The position numbers were made by a program, and so were the translations under genes. This document shows, piece after piece, positions 26,265-40,400 of a stretch of DNA of 64,000 nucleotides. Every line of letters begins with the position of its first letter. The stretch's first letter is position 1. The notes below the pieces were generated by a model, which saw nothing but the letters and a program-made list of their open reading frames with translations, made no database searches and was not told where the DNA came from. Source of the stretch: Takakia lepidozioides (taxonomy: Eukaryota; Plantae; Bryophyta); the NCBI GenBank assembly GCA_030704615.1, contig CM060732.1:55738001-55802000 (forward strand). The letters run 5' to 3'.

Positions 26265-29200
26265 TTGGGCAAGAAAGTGAAGATGCCCACGTCGCAGGAG
26301 CCGCTCTGGATTGACAAAGTCCAGTTTGGGTCATTACGCAAGGCACTGGGATCGACGTATCTTGCCGACAAGGCAAACATGAACAAAGAGCGGCCATCCA
26401 TTCCTACGGCATTCATCATTGAGCTTCTTGCACTGAAAAAAAGTGTCGAGGAGAACGATGGGAAAGCAAAATCAATGAGATCTGACTTCAAAAAGGTCTA
26501 TAGGCATGTTGGCATTGGAGCAAAAGCAGATGATATCAAGTTGAAACTCTCCTATATCCGAAAGGACGAGTTTGCAAACATCAGTCTTGTGTTCGTGAAT
26601 ACTCTCCCAGAAGATGATTCGATAATTTGGTCTCCCTCGGATTACTCAACAATCCTCAACGCATTCCGATTCATGAAGTTTAATTGCACTGCCTTTGTTT
26701 TCATGTCGTCTTGCATCTTCAGCTCATCTCAATTGCTACATTCGAACTAGAGAGGGTGCCAAAATATTTATTTGTGTTCAAGGTCTCTATTTTCCTGGGG
26801 CGATGGAGACTGAGTACAAGTTCTGCAAGTTTGGATTGTCGGAACCATATCTTTGTCTGGACTATGTGTTTCCGGTCTCATCTACAGAGTTGCATCCATA
26901 GGAGTACATTGACAGATGACTGAGAGTCAAACCAATTCAGACTGTCTTGAGGGGTACAAATGACAAATTTACAGACCGCGAATTTGAAGTCCTACACTCA
27001 TGAGCTTCGCAGCTCTGCTTATGCGTACATCGCCTCTTCATTTTGCACGGCAGGAATGGCGGCGGTCAATATTTTTGGAGAACCTGCACTTTCTTGTCAT
27101 CTCCATGTAAGTGCTAGTATCATTATAAATATATTCTGAGTTACAGTTTTTTATATCTTTTCACTTTATTTTTATATCTTTGCTCTCTTTCACTTATCTC
27201 ATTTTTTTTTGTTAGTTGATGACTTTGAAACAAGGTCCGAAGTCATTTTATAATTCCTACGTAGGATGTTTAATATTTTTCCACTGTCTCTAGCTTGTAT
27301 CTTTTCTCTGACACGGTTAATCATCATGTCATCATGCTCTTCAAGTACGCATTCCTGACTTCAACTCCCACGACCAAAAGGTGGTATGCAAACAGAAGAT
27401 AGAGGCAGAGTTTCGTCACTTAATGCTTCAAGAGAAAGGGAAAGGTCCAACCGAAGGCCAACAGAGCACCGTTGGGAGTTAACATGGAGGGCGTGATCCA
27501 CCACTAAACCCTATTATCCCTAGCACGATCAATCCCATAGTGGATGTTTTAGATTCCAGCGTGTCAGACGAAGACAATCAACATGGGACTAATAGTAAGG
27601 AACCACAAGACGATGTGGTCAGAAGAGTCTCACCTCAAATCACAGAAGGCAGTGCCACCCGACGTCCAAGTACTGGTGGTATTGGTGATGGTACTAGTAG
27701 TCCTCATAACGAGGAGAATAACGAGAAATTATCGTCGTTTGAGAGGAATTTGAAACTTGGGTCTATGAATCTGATGTTGGATTACGATGCCACGGGTCAT
27801 CAGGCCAATCTGGTGAATCTGGTAGATCCAATTGCGTCTAATGTGCAGGTCCCGGAAAATACCATGACAAAGTTTGTTGACGTCTTGGATGTGGCTCTTC
27901 ACAATGATGATGGTGATCGCCCACCAACAGTGCAATTTCTTGAGCCTGTCCCACATGCCATTCCGACTTATCGTGTCCAGTCAATAATGGGTGTGGTACT
28001 TGGGAGAGGTCTAATATCCCCACGTCCAGAGGAAACAAATGCCTTGGATGATGTAGAGGTTGAGCAAGATGATAGGGGTTTTGTTCCTACAGCTAGTGAT
28101 AGGCCTCTGGATTTTCAATCTCCCATCCCCACGAAGAGACGTAGAGAATGATCGTCTACTGGGAAAGTGAATGAAGTACGTAACATCTCTGATCAGGAAA
28201 CATTATGATTGGATAGATGATGAGACATTGTTGAAAACCGTTGATATGAATGTCTGCAATAAATTTGAGTAGTACATTCCTTGGTAAACTATTTGATTAC
28301 ATGTTTGATATCCATCTTTTGTAACTATTAATCTTAATGAATATAATTATGTGTTCTAGGTTCAACTCTCAGAAACGAGGGAGATCACTTTGTCGCAATC
28401 ACCCTCAGAGTTACATCGGACAACTCAGACCCAAGTGGAAGTGACAAGTCATGCTGTGATTACCAACGTTAGCCAATCAAGCTCCGACGCAGTCCTTAGC
28501 CCGCCGTCACTACAGACACACAGCACTGGAGCAGTACATGCACTGCAGATGTTGTTACAGATCCAAGAGATAACACAAAAGAGGCTCCAGGAGCAAGGAA
28601 TTCCCCCAGTCATTCCAAATCAACCTCAACAGCAGCAAATCAAGGAGACGAGCAATGAGCAAGGTGAAACATCTCCAAATCTAGTAAAGTACTACTACAC
28701 TATATGAACTTTACTCTACAATTTTTCTAGATGTGTGGACTTCAAAACATGGTCCGAAATATTGAATCTCAAACATATAACAAAGCTAATTACATCTTAT
28801 GACCCAATGTAATACGTACACTTATGGATAACTCTTTAGTGTCATCTTTTATCCACTCTTGATATAGCAGTGAGACCCAAAACTATAATCCCTTTGTCCA
28901 TTGGCCCCAATGAGTCAAAAACATTATATTATGTTGTGGTTCTTTGATTTCGGAGCTAGAACCATGTGTGTATATGTATGGTATAAATAATTGTGCTTAG
29001 TTGTCTTCGTATTATTGAATGGTTATTACAATAATTGTGTATTTTGTTTGTTTCGGGGTTGCAACTCTATGATTTCACTAGAATGAGCCTTAGCGACCTC
29101 TTGGCGAGGTACAGAGTGTCCAAAAACGAATGTTAACATTCTTTCAATCGTTAATGGGAATAGTGACTGCATGCCCTATAAATTGAGGAGCATTGGCAAT

Positions 29201-30340
29201 AGGAGACGAGACACTTTGAGGCTACTTCCAGCTCAGTTGAATTGGAGGAAAGTTCGTATTTAGTTCAATGAGGTAAGTTTATTGAGTTCTCATTTGTTAT
29301 CATTGACATTCTATATATACTACCACTTCGAACCTCATTTCGATGTGACTGTCTTTCTCGATTTTCTTTCCCACACTATGTTATGTTTCCGGAAAATACT
29401 TAGAAGCATACCGGCTCTATGTGAGTCCATGAGACGTAGGCGCTGGAACTTCTGTTTACTTTCTACCCGTTGGAGTCCTTGACTCTTCTCATTCTGTTGT
29501 GCACTATTTCGGTACTGGATTGGGTGTTTTATCTTGTGGACTTAAAGTCATTCATCGTATTTTATGTATTGATTCATTACCATCTTGGATGCAGGTCAAT
29601 GGTATCCTTGGTCTTGCACCTGTTTCTAGCTCGACCATAAGTCGACGGATTCGAAAACGAGTTTTTTCAAATGTTGAAGTACGTAAGTGTGGGAGTACTT
29701 TTGCAAAATGCACAAAGTGTGAGATGTTGAAGGATTTTATCAAAAAGTCTGTGACATAATCAACTCAGCCATAAAAAAACTTTAGACAAACATTTGAAGC
29801 ATCAAGAGTCTTGTCGGAGGCTTTATCACAGCTAGAGAAATAAATCCGCTATGATGGAAAACTTTGTGTGAAGGGCTTTCTAGGGGACCCATTTATCAAA
29901 GTTGAACACGTGAATTAAATTGACTTCATTGACTAAACTAAATAGCATTGTCATCAAATTTGTTCCAAAGATTTCTCATTTGTATTACAAACTTTCAAGA
30001 ATTAGAATTTGTAATAGTTTAACTTCAATTTCGAAGTGAAATAATTAAATATAATTATTTCACATGTTATTTGTTAAATTAAATTAAATTAAATTAAATT
30101 GTCATGTATACTAAGTTTGGTCCGGAATTAACGAAAAAATTTGGAATTAGTTAAAATTGAGTTATTTTATCATGTGTTTTGTGGGGCCAGCGGACTCGTT
30201 TGCCCCAGCACGACTGAGCCCTACGGGTGGGGGCGCCCCCACCCTCCGCAAGTGTAGCGCCCCACCCTCCGCGAGTGTAGCCCGTGCTACAGGCGGGCCC
30301 CGCTGCAACCACACGTGCCTGCATTGAAGACACTATTATC
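26265..30340 (+). mobile_element. Degenerate DNA-transposon-like relic (disrupted ORFs, GC-rich subterminal block, one TIR-like end)
   Basis: Broken ORFs at 26265-26750, 27540-28151 and 28390-28707. A Cys/His fragment FAKCTKCEMLKDF...LDKHLKHQESCRRLY lies at ~29690-29830. The end TGCATTGAAGACACTATTA is shared with the element at 59417-59600. Superfamily unresolved. Confidence 0.5.
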
Positions 30341-30693
30341 TTTTTATGAGAAGCCCACAGTTTTCTCTTTCTTTTCATCTCGTTTTTTTATTTGAGATCT
30401 CTCTAAGATCTTCAATTGAAAAAAAAGGCTAAAAGTACAGCAGGGATCAAGTTACCTTCCTGACTTCTGAAATGTACAGGCTCAGAGTGGAGCCTCGATT
30501 CTCAGCCTTCATGGCAATTGTAAGGTTATTTTCCTTACTTATTAATAGAATTCCCAGGGCCACTGTCCCCTGTTCTCTAAGAATAATAACAACAATAATA
30601 ATAATAAATTGTACAGTGCTTCACTAAACGGTACCAAGAAGTCCATAAATCTTGTTTTCACTGGCACCTACACCTCCTGGGCTATGGCGATGT

Positions 30694-33600
30694 CTAAAGC
30701 TGAGATTCGTCTCTGCAGACATTTGGCTGCAATCTCTGTGTCCAAATGACAGATTTACTAGGTTCCAGGGGGATGTCCACATTGTACTTGTACCCGTGGG
30801 AAAATAGGCGGAAGAGACAGAAGTCCAATGCCATCAGCAGGGCAGTTAGCCAATACAGATTGTCCAGACGACTTCTGTTGATGTTGTTCACGATCCAGCT
30901 CTGGTGACCAGACCGCCCAGTGATCTTCACAACACTCTTGGTCAATGCTGTACTCCAGAAGAAGCCAACGCCTATTGAGGAAAGACAGAAGGCTGATCCC
31001 AGGCTTCGCATCCTCTTTGGATATTGGTCGTAGAAGAGTTCCATTTGAGCTACACTGCAAAAAACCTCTACAGTCCCGAGCAAAGCGTATTGCGGAAGTA
31101 GCCAAAAGATGGTGAGGGGAACTACCTTTCTGGGTGCGTCGAGAAGGCCATGGTCCCTCACAACCTGCACATGATTACCAAGCTTACACAATGAGTGCGC
31201 AGAGTGATTGCCAATAGGATAGATCTACATAACAGTACGCACAACTGAACTGCTCAAAGAAAGTGTTCTCCACTGTATAGATTGGCCACCCAGACTCTGG
31301 TGTGAACTTTGAGGTCCAATAGTAAGGGATTAGAGTGCGATTTACTGGCGAGAGTCCCACCTTAAGTCTCTTTATTTCAACCGCCGCTGCAACAGTGCAG
31401 GCCAGAACTCCTAAAAGTGTACCAGTGGCATAGCGTGTAAGCATCGTGATTCCTCTTGGATTCCCTGTGAAGCGGCGAAGCGCAGGAACCAGGAATTTAT
31501 CGTACATGGGAATCAGAATAAGGATTGTGATTGTGAGGAAGGCCTGAAGCGACGCAGGAGGAATCTCGAAGTGTGGGCCCATGTGGGTGTCCATAGTGCG
31601 ACCTTGCTTGGTGTAAAACGTTTGCATCTGGGCCATCAACAAACCGTGCGGGGTCATCGCAAGCCAAATTGGCAGCAACCGCAGCACTCGTTTCAATTCC
31701 TCCACCTGTGTCACACTACATAGTCTCCATGCGCTAGTAGCATTGCTTGCAGATCCGTGCTCGGCCGGAAGAGCGATTTGGTATGCTGCTGCTTTGTCTA
31801 GGAACCTGCAGTTGATAATAGCAATAATCAATGATGCAATAGTTCTAAGTATTAAAGCAAGTTCCATCTGATTAGGACATGTTTGGTTGTGCACGAATCT
31901 AGTCTGTGTGTACAATGTATAGATGGTCTCGATGTAGGTTTTGCGATTTAACTTCTTGAACCTCACATTCTTTGGACATCATAGTTGGTCTCGGAACATA
32001 CATTTACATGAAAGCACTGGTTGCAAGACTCGGATCAGATCACATGTATAACTAGTTCAAGGACCACTTGTGCATACGGTAACTTATCAAGACCGTCAAC
32101 ATGCATTCGAATAGACCTGTGCAAGCTTACAAGAAGCCATGCGTGTGCGGAATACGTTGCGAGCTTGGATCATGTAGAGACTCGTCGTCTTGAACTTCAT
32201 ACAGTGAGTCTAAGTTATCCACAGTAAGAACAACATTCCGCTTGCGAAATGCTGCTACGAAGACCTGGGCCATGCTTGTCAAAGGGCTGCCAGTTGGTGG
32301 CTTATACCTGTAGAATTTAGCACCTGACAAGACACTTAGTATGGCTATTGCGATCCCCACTGTTGGGACACCATATCCCCAGCTCCAGCCCACATTGTCT
32401 TGGACGTAGACAATTACTGTCTGAGCAAGAAGGGCACCTGTTTCTATACAATGGAACCACCAGTTGAAGAACGAAAACTTCACCGTCCGCTCCTGCAAGA
32501 CGTCGTCATCGAATTGGTCTGCCCCTAATGTTGTCATGTTTGACTTCACGCCACCCAAACCAAATGCTATCAAGTACAGCGAAAAATAGAAGAAGACTAG
32601 TTGATTAGAAGTTGCGCGTTGGCAGACGCTGGCCTTTGGGCTACACGGTGGAGGCCGGAATTGATGTAGCGACACTGATAACGTCAAGCAGATCAATCCC
32701 TGCACAATTCAGTAGTTACGTAGATCAGTGACTTGACCTCTTCAGAGCAAATTATTATATTTAAGTAATCACTTACAGCGCTTGAAGTAAACATGCTGCC
32801 CACTCGTTTCGTGGATATTCACCAGGCAGGCTCTGCGTGCATAAAAGTACTCGCAAGAACTTTAAGACAAACTGTCAGAAAGTGAAGGCTTGTGGGCTCC
32901 GGCTCTTCTCACTCCTACCACAAAAGCGCGTCAGGCCAGTCCAGTTAGCCATCACCAACACCATCCTGCGGTCGTTCGCGGTCATTTGCGGTCGTTCGCG
33001 ACAAAGGAAGATCAGCCCAGAATTCAGAGCTCTATGCTTGGCGAGCTGGATGGAGGGAAAATGGCGTTGCCCAGGATCCTGAGGTCGTCATGGTGCCATT
33101 TCGGCGACATGGAATTGAGAAGTCAACGCAACGATCGGCATCTTCCAGTACCGGTTCTTGAAGATGCCGGACTGCCAACCTCGCTATCCCGCCTTCTGCT
33201 GAGGAGGAAGAGGAGGGGCTCAAACCCGGCAGTTGCGGCCGTAATCATGACTGTCAAATTGCAGTAACCAGCGATCTGCCGGAGTAGGACTATCTTCTTT
33301 CCATGATGAGTGGTTCACCAAGTAGGATCGTACATTCATGACAGATGCTTGCTCAAAATATCTAGAACCTTGAGCAAGTGCTTGGAACCATCAATATTTT
33401 AGGAATCAGGACAGACTGGTGTGAACTCATAGAAAGCAAATTCTCCATGGGTTGAATCAGCACCAGCAGGTATAACGTTGCGAAGATTATGATGGTTTTG
33501 AAACGACCCAAGAAGGAGTCCGCAATGAACGCTCCAAACAACGGAATGATCCAGGCCGCACCTCCCCAATTGAACACATTTGTCGCAGAGGATTCGTTGC

Positions 33601-34035
33601 CCTCGTGCATCACGCTCGTAAGATACGTCACAAGGCTTGCTATTATCCCGAAGTATGCCATTCGCTCGAACACTTGCCCCACTGTACACCATCCACGGGA
33701 AGATTGCCTCGCACATCAGAGTCTTTACAAGTTGAACTTCAACTTTCAATCTAGCATGAGCACTGTCCAGAAGATCTGGGTTTTCTTTGCAAACTTGACG
33801 TAATGAACGACTTACATAGCCACAGATGTGACCTCTTCTCTATAGTTGAAGAGAAGTGAATACCCATTAGGAATGCAGCGGCTTTCCAGCGGCCAGTGGT
33901 TGCCAAGTTGGCCGGTCTGCCTCTAAAGTCAACGGCACCATTGGACTTCAAATTCTCAGAACGGACCTCCTCTTCGAAGTTTTCAATCTGAAGTTTAGGA
34001 CTAGGAAGACTGTAGATGGCGTGACCCCTCTCCAT
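30694..34035 (-). CDS. NPF: NPF transporter (paralog B), 5 exons
   Basis: Exons ~34035-33864, ~33681-33464, ~32699-32130, ~31806-31361, 31164-30694. Motifs TGRWKA, QVFERMAY, GADQFD, FFNWW, WRLCSVTQVEELK, LDNLYW. Confidence 0.93.
32831..33313. other. ~480-bp GC-rich insertion in intron 2 of NPF paralog B
   Basis: Flanked by TTCACCAGGCAGG (32818-32830) and TTCACCAAGTAGG (33314-33326). The equivalent intron of paralog C is ~430 bp shorter and lacks it. Confidence 0.6.
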
Positions 34036-35919
34036 GAATGCTGGCCAAGATTATTATCTAAGGCTGGAAATTTTCCTGCCCACATTGGGACAGAAACCTG
34101 CAAATCGGCAAGACTCAATGCAGAGAATGTGTTGAATTGCAATCTGTTCGAAGATCCAGGGAGATAACCAAAAGTCTTAGAGAGGGAATTTCACACTATA
34201 GGGCAAATGAGCGCTCAAGAAAGACAGTCTATTAAGAGAGTTCTAAGGAGCTTACCAAAAGCCCAAAGAGCTTGTAGGATCGTCACACATAGCAAACAAC
34301 AGTGAGCTCATACATATAACTAAATCACTGCTAAGAAACGGATGCCCTCGCGAACATAACATGCTAACATTCCTGGTCCACAAAACTGAATGCACAGATA
34401 CTGGCACTGATCTGATGGGGGCAGAGAGAGAGAAACTTAGAGAGCTTTCCCTGGCAATGCATCTCTCAAAATATTGCATCACCACTCGCATGCAGATAAA
34501 TGCATGCAACTCCTTGGAGAAGAATATACAACATTACAGAGCCCCAGATACTAAAACCGTAGGCCCAGGCTGCATATTACGAATGATCAGGGCGCTGATA
34601 TTTGTATCCATCAGGTTCGCATGATCTGGACAATCAAGGAAAGACCTACAGGTGCATAGCAGCTGGGCTTCGGATCAACCCAGCTATGGCGTCAACAAGC
34701 CCACCACCCTGGAGACTTTTGATGCGCAACAAATAGATACTAACCCTCGCATGCGTGCCAGAAATGTCCACACCCAACTTGTGAGAAGGCCCTCATCCAA
34801 GTCAACACACCGAACTCTTAAAGTCTTATATTCCTAAGAGAGCATCTTTCCTTGCGCGCAGTGAGCTTCTTCTTCTTTTTTTATAAGTGAAACCCAGTCT
34901 CTCATGTCACGTATGACATGTAAATAGTATATCATACTCTACTATACCATACTATACTTGGGTTCAATGAGGGAAACAACCCAGAGAGCTCTACTCTCCT
35001 TACAAATCAAGGACAAAATAACCTCTTCACTCAAGAACTATTCAAAATTCACATAAATCAAACCTTTCAAAAAGCTTGACATAGTCTGAAAGCGTCTGTG
35101 TACATGTGTGTATGAGCAATGATGGCATGATAGTGTAATATAGGTAAGAATTGTTGTCTTCTTCTTTTGTTCTTTTTTTTTTGTCTTATACTAGTTGCAA
35201 AAGGGGACGGAGTTTTTGAAGTTTTTAGTTTGTTTTATATAAAAATTATTATTAGCAAACTTACACCTATAAGCAATTGCTCACAAATTGGCCTATTCAC
35301 AACAGGGAGAGGGAATTAAATGAACCTCTTTCAAAGTCACCTTGCCACAAGGAGACACCAAGGAGAAGATGGTACCACATGCAACTACTAGGTAGATGAC
35401 AGGAATCCAAGCAAATTCCTTTTGTAGGGGGTGGGAATGAAGAGGCATCCAAATGGTAACCCAATATTTGTTTTTGTTGATGTCATCTATAAATGAGTTT
35501 TCGTCCCCAACCCCAAATTCATATGGTTGTTATAGTCAATTGGAAGGTGCATTGTTGAGCTAAGTACATTCCTTTAGCTTTGGCTACAGATACGGCCAGC
35601 TTAACTTATATGTCCAATGTCCACCGATTTTCTATTTCAGTGGAAAGGCCTCTTCCGGGATTTGAGGGCCTGAACCCAAGGCCAATAGCTCAAGGTGAGG
35701 CCCCAAAAACCCAGGAAGGTCGGACACGAGGGGCCTTCCCGGTAAGGCTATTTTCTGCACCTGTCAAAAGGCATTTGACAGGCAAAAAGAGGCAGAATAA
35801 AAAAAGGCCTGTCAAAAGAAAGGCAATGACCAAAAATTGCCTTTCACAGCGAAAGGCAAAATAAAAAACAGCATGTCAAAAGAAAGGTAAAAATTACAAA
35901 GGAAATGTACAAGCACATC

Positions 35920-35990
35920 GGCTGGTAGCTCAGTTGGTAAGTGCAGAATGTGTCGCCATGGTGGTTCGGGGTTCAAACCCGCTGCCCAGT
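35920..35990 (+). repeat. tRNA-derived SINE-like head (Pol III A/B boxes)
   Basis: TAGCTCAGTTGG at 35926 and GGTTCAAACCC at 35970. The anticodon and acceptor stems do not pair properly, so it is not a functional tRNA. Confidence 0.55.
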
Positions 35991-36959
35991 GTGGGGATTG
36001 TTCATGGCGTTATGTCTGGATGTTATCGTCTTGTGTGCCTCCATGGTCCATAAATGAAAGGGGTTATTTTTCCCCCTCCTCAAGGGTCTGAATTGTGGGT
36101 TGTCGGTTGCGTCCACCCACCGTGTGTTACATGCAGGCCTGTAGGTTGGCTTACTCTTCAGGGTTTTGGGTTCTACCTTCAATGAAAGCTACATTGGCCC
36201 ATGAGTAGAGCTGTGTGGGGTTTTTGGATCTTTATCATAAACCTTAATAGTGCCAACTTTCCCACGTCCGGTCTTCAGTCCTGACCATTGCTTGCAGTAT
36301 GTACTTGACTCTCGCTTAGGTCACACGCTCGAGCATGTCATTTCTGTTCATTGGAAGAATACAATCCCAAGATTAGCTAGCTAGCTGAATTTCGATGATT
36401 TTGATCTTTGAAGCGTTCTCATATACTGCTCCGGGTTGTGAAAGGGCAACTTTAGTCATCTATCGCTCAAGATTTACTTCAAGAAACATGCACTTGGGCC
36501 TTAAGTTCACAACGGCCTAAGTAATTCGGGGATGCAGTTACTTATAGCCTCGCCTGCATACAAAGAGTAGTCGTCCAAGCCCCTCCGAGCTCTATTGGAC
36601 ACATTGTGATCCCAAGCAACTTTCCCTTTCATCCGTGGTGAGCATGATCGAGTGATCCTTCCAGGGTCGAGCAAGTCTAAGTGATTGAGCCCGCAAAGAC
36701 TAACTGAGGACTAATTAATTGGAAGGATTTCACACTTTACACTTCTTTTCATTTTTCATTTCTAATTTCATATGACGGTTGTGTGAAAGATCAAAAATTT
36801 GTCAACCTGTCATATGAAAGGCATTTTCTCAAAGTTGTCTCTCACAGTGAAGTGAAAAAAATAAATCCGTCACAAAAAAGATAGGCTATCGAGTTGTTTT
36901 GAAAAAAAGTTGAGAAGTACTTCTATTCTAGTTTGTGTAGATCCTGAGTGTTACATAGT

Positions 36960-37230
36960 GTGGCTCATGCGTTCCAAGTGTTTGATAAAATACCTAGGAA
37001 AAATGTAGTTTCATGGAATGCCATGATTGCAGGATTAGTTCAGCAAGCAAGGGCATGGTGGAGAAGCATTCAAACTCTTTGCACACATGCAAGGAGATGG
37101 CGTGAAGCCTGACAAAGCCACTTTCATTACCATCCTTAATGCTTGCACCAGCCCTCTAGCTCTGGAATAGGGCAAGCTGCTCCATGCAAGCATCATCAAA
37201 GCTGCTTTGGCGTTAGGTATCTATGACAGT
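36960..37230 (+). pseudogene. Isolated PLS-class PPR fragment
   Basis: AFQVFDKIPRKNVVSWNAMIAG...EAFKLFAHMQGDGVKPDKATFITILNAC...LE*GKLLHASIIKA, with a frameshift and an in-frame stop. Confidence 0.8.
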
Positions 37231-37476
37231 TTGGGAGTTTACCGAAGTGATTTTTATCAAAATAATAGGTAGTATGTTCATGTATGCCCAGTTTTGAAAG
37301 ATTCATAGTTGCTTTACTTCTGCTTTTTATACATGCAACTAGTCGGCATAAGTAAGAGCCACTTTAGACTACTGTGCCCCTATTCATCCAGAGTGGATGA
37401 TATAGTGATTAGTACATTCATCCTAAACAAACCCAAAGAATGCTCCCTTGTTTCGCAAGCACAGACTTACACAGCG

Positions 37477-40400
37477 ATGGCAGCGACGGAGGTTGCTCTC
37501 CTGAGCGCGCAGGGAGAGCTCGTACGCAACGCCCTTCATTCTGCTTGGGCAGAAAGAGATGGAAGCAACAGATCAATGGGCCTGAATGTGGAGCTGAAAT
37601 GGGGATCCAGCTTGGCAAAGTGGGGCACCAGAATGGTGGCTGTGATGCCACTCCAGGCTCCAGGGATAGTGGAAAAAGGTACGTACACGTCAGTCTCTAT
37701 ATGATTTTGAGGGTCCTGGAGCTCTGCTTCGTGATTTCATTTCCCATTCCCTCAAAATTACTCCCGTCTTCGTCGAATTCTTTTCGTCCGTGCCTCAGTC
37801 TGTATGTTGAAATATCAAAACTTTATGATATATTTTTTTTCTTCTTCCCTCTCATTGCATAAGATGAAGAGATACGTATTCATATACATTGTGGCTGACT
37901 TCAGACATCATCCCACAAAAGAGGCTCTCTGGATTGACAGTTGGTCGAACCCTCCTTGGGTGAAAGCACAATTAGATGCCAGGATACAAGGTCAAGCACG
38001 ATGTGGTGAAGTGAGGACACTGTGTATGGCAGGACGAGTGAAAGAGGCCCTGCACATTTTGAATCATGGAGGCACCTTGGCAGACTCTGATACTTACGTC
38101 TGTCTCTTGCGTGAGTGCATTGACCTGCAAGGCCTAGCAGAAGGAAAGCAAGTACATGTGCACATTATCCAAAGTGGATTCAAGCCAAGCATGTTTCTAC
38201 TCAACACCCTTGTCAAAATGTATGCCAAGTGTGGGAGCGTGGTGGATGCGCGCCAAGTGTTTGACAAAATGCCTGAACGAGATATTTTTTCTTGGAATAT
38301 AATGATAGCAGGGTATTCCAACCTTGGGTTTTTAAGGGAAGCCTTTGATATCTATGACCAAATGATACAGGAAGGGGTGCTGCCTAACATGGTCACATTC
38401 ACTTGCATTCTGAAGGTGTGTTCTACCCCTGCCGCCCTGGAAAAGGGCATACAAGTCCATGCGGACATCATCAAAGCTGGAATTGCACTTGACAGTATTC
38501 TGGAGAATACCCTCATCATCATGTATGCTAAATGCAGGGGTATAAAGGATGCGCACAAAGTGTTCAGCAGTATGGCTAGACGAGATGTGGTGTCATGGAA
38601 TGCAATGATTGCAGGATAGGCTCAGCTTGGAGATGGTAGGAGGGCTGTCGACCTCTATGAGCAAATGTCACAGGATGGGGTGACACCCAACAAGGTCACT
38701 TTCATGTGCATTCTCAAGGGTTGTGCCTGCCTGACAACCCTGGAAAAAGGTGTAGAGGTGCATGCCAATATTATCAAAGCTGGAATTTTGCCTGACACCA
38801 TTCTGGAGAATACTCTTGTCGACATGTATGCCAAATGTGGGAGTATGAGGAATGCACGCCAAGTGTTCAACAATATTTGATGGTATGGCTAAACGAGATG
38901 TTGTGTCATGGAGCACAATGATGGCAGGATATGCTCGGCATGGGTGTGGTAGGGCTAACCGAGATATGGTGTCATGGAACACAATGATCTCAGGATATGG
39001 TCAGCAAGGGTGTGGTAGGGAGGCTTTTGAGTTGTATGAGGAGATGATATGGGAAGGGGTCACGCCAGACAGAGTAACGTTTCTTTGTGTTCTTAATGCG
39101 TGTGCTAGTGCGGCAGCCCTTGAAAAGGGTAAGGAGGTCCACGCTCACATCATCAAAGCTGGTCTGGCACTAGATATTATTCTGGAGACTGCACTGGTGG
39201 ACATGTACACCAAATGCGGGAACATTAAGGCTGGCAAGTGAGACTTTTCAGTTGTATGAACAAATGATACGCGAAGGAGTGGCGCCCGACAAAGTCTCGC
39301 TCACTTGTGTTCTCAATGTTTGTGCCAGCCTGGCAGCCCTGGAAAAGGGCAAAGAGGTCCATGCTGACATAATCAAAGCTGGAATTATGCCAGACATCAT
39401 TGTGGAGACTACCCTCGTCGACATGTTTGCCAAATGTGGCAGCATCAAGGATGCTCGGCGAGTATTTGACAGTATGGCTCAACATAATGTCGTCTCATGG
39501 AATGCAATGATCACGGGGTATGCTCAACACGGGTTGGGTTGGGAGGCCCTCGAGATGTATGAGCAAATGATTTGGGAAGGGGTGACACCTGATAGGGTGA
39601 CTTTCCTTTGCATTCTCAAGGCGTGTGCCAGCCTGGGAGCCCTGGAAAAAGGCAGAGAGATCCCGGCTGACATCATCAAAGCTGGAATTGTGCCAGATAT
39701 TACTCTGGATAATAGCATCATCGACATGTATGCCAAATGCAGGAGCATAGAGGATGCACATCAAGTATTTGACAGTATGGTTAAGCGAGATGTGGCATCA
39801 TGAAATGTTATGGTTGCAGGATATGCTCAGCAAGGGTGTGGGTATAGAGGCTTTTCAGATATATAGGCAAATGATACGAGATGGGGTGGTGCCAGACAAC
39901 GTCACATTCACTTCATTATTGATGCGTGTGCCAGCCTGGCAGCTCTGGACAAGGGTAAAGAGGTCCATGCAAACCTCACTGAAGCTGGAATTGTGCCAGA
40001 CCTCAATTTGGAGAAATCTCTTCTTGACATGTATGCCAAGTGTGGGAGCATAAAAGATGCACACCGAGTGTTGGCCGAACGGGATGTGGTCTCATGGAGT
40101 GCCCTGATCGCAGGGTATGGTCAGCATGGGTGCGGTAGGGAGGCGCTGCAACTATTTGAGCAAATGCAGCAGAAGCGGACTGTATCACCTTCCTATCTGT
40201 TATCTCTGCATGTAGCCATGTGGGCCTTGTGGATGAAGGCCATCACTACTTTCATTCCATGAGTCGAGATCATGGCCTCTCTCCTAGCGTGGAACACTTT
40301 GGCTGTATAGTGGACCTGCTTGGCCGTGCAGGGCGATTGGATGAGGCAGAGGACTTCATTAACAAAATGCCCATTGGACCAGGGGCTGCAGAGTGGAGGG

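Noticed and set aside
35637-35900. hAT-like end (CAGTGGAAAGGCC with AAAGGCA repeats)
   Set aside because: No matching second TIR or TSD was found.
35920-35990. Functional tRNA gene
   Set aside because: A and B boxes are present, but the D, anticodon and acceptor stems do not pair; treated as a SINE-like head.
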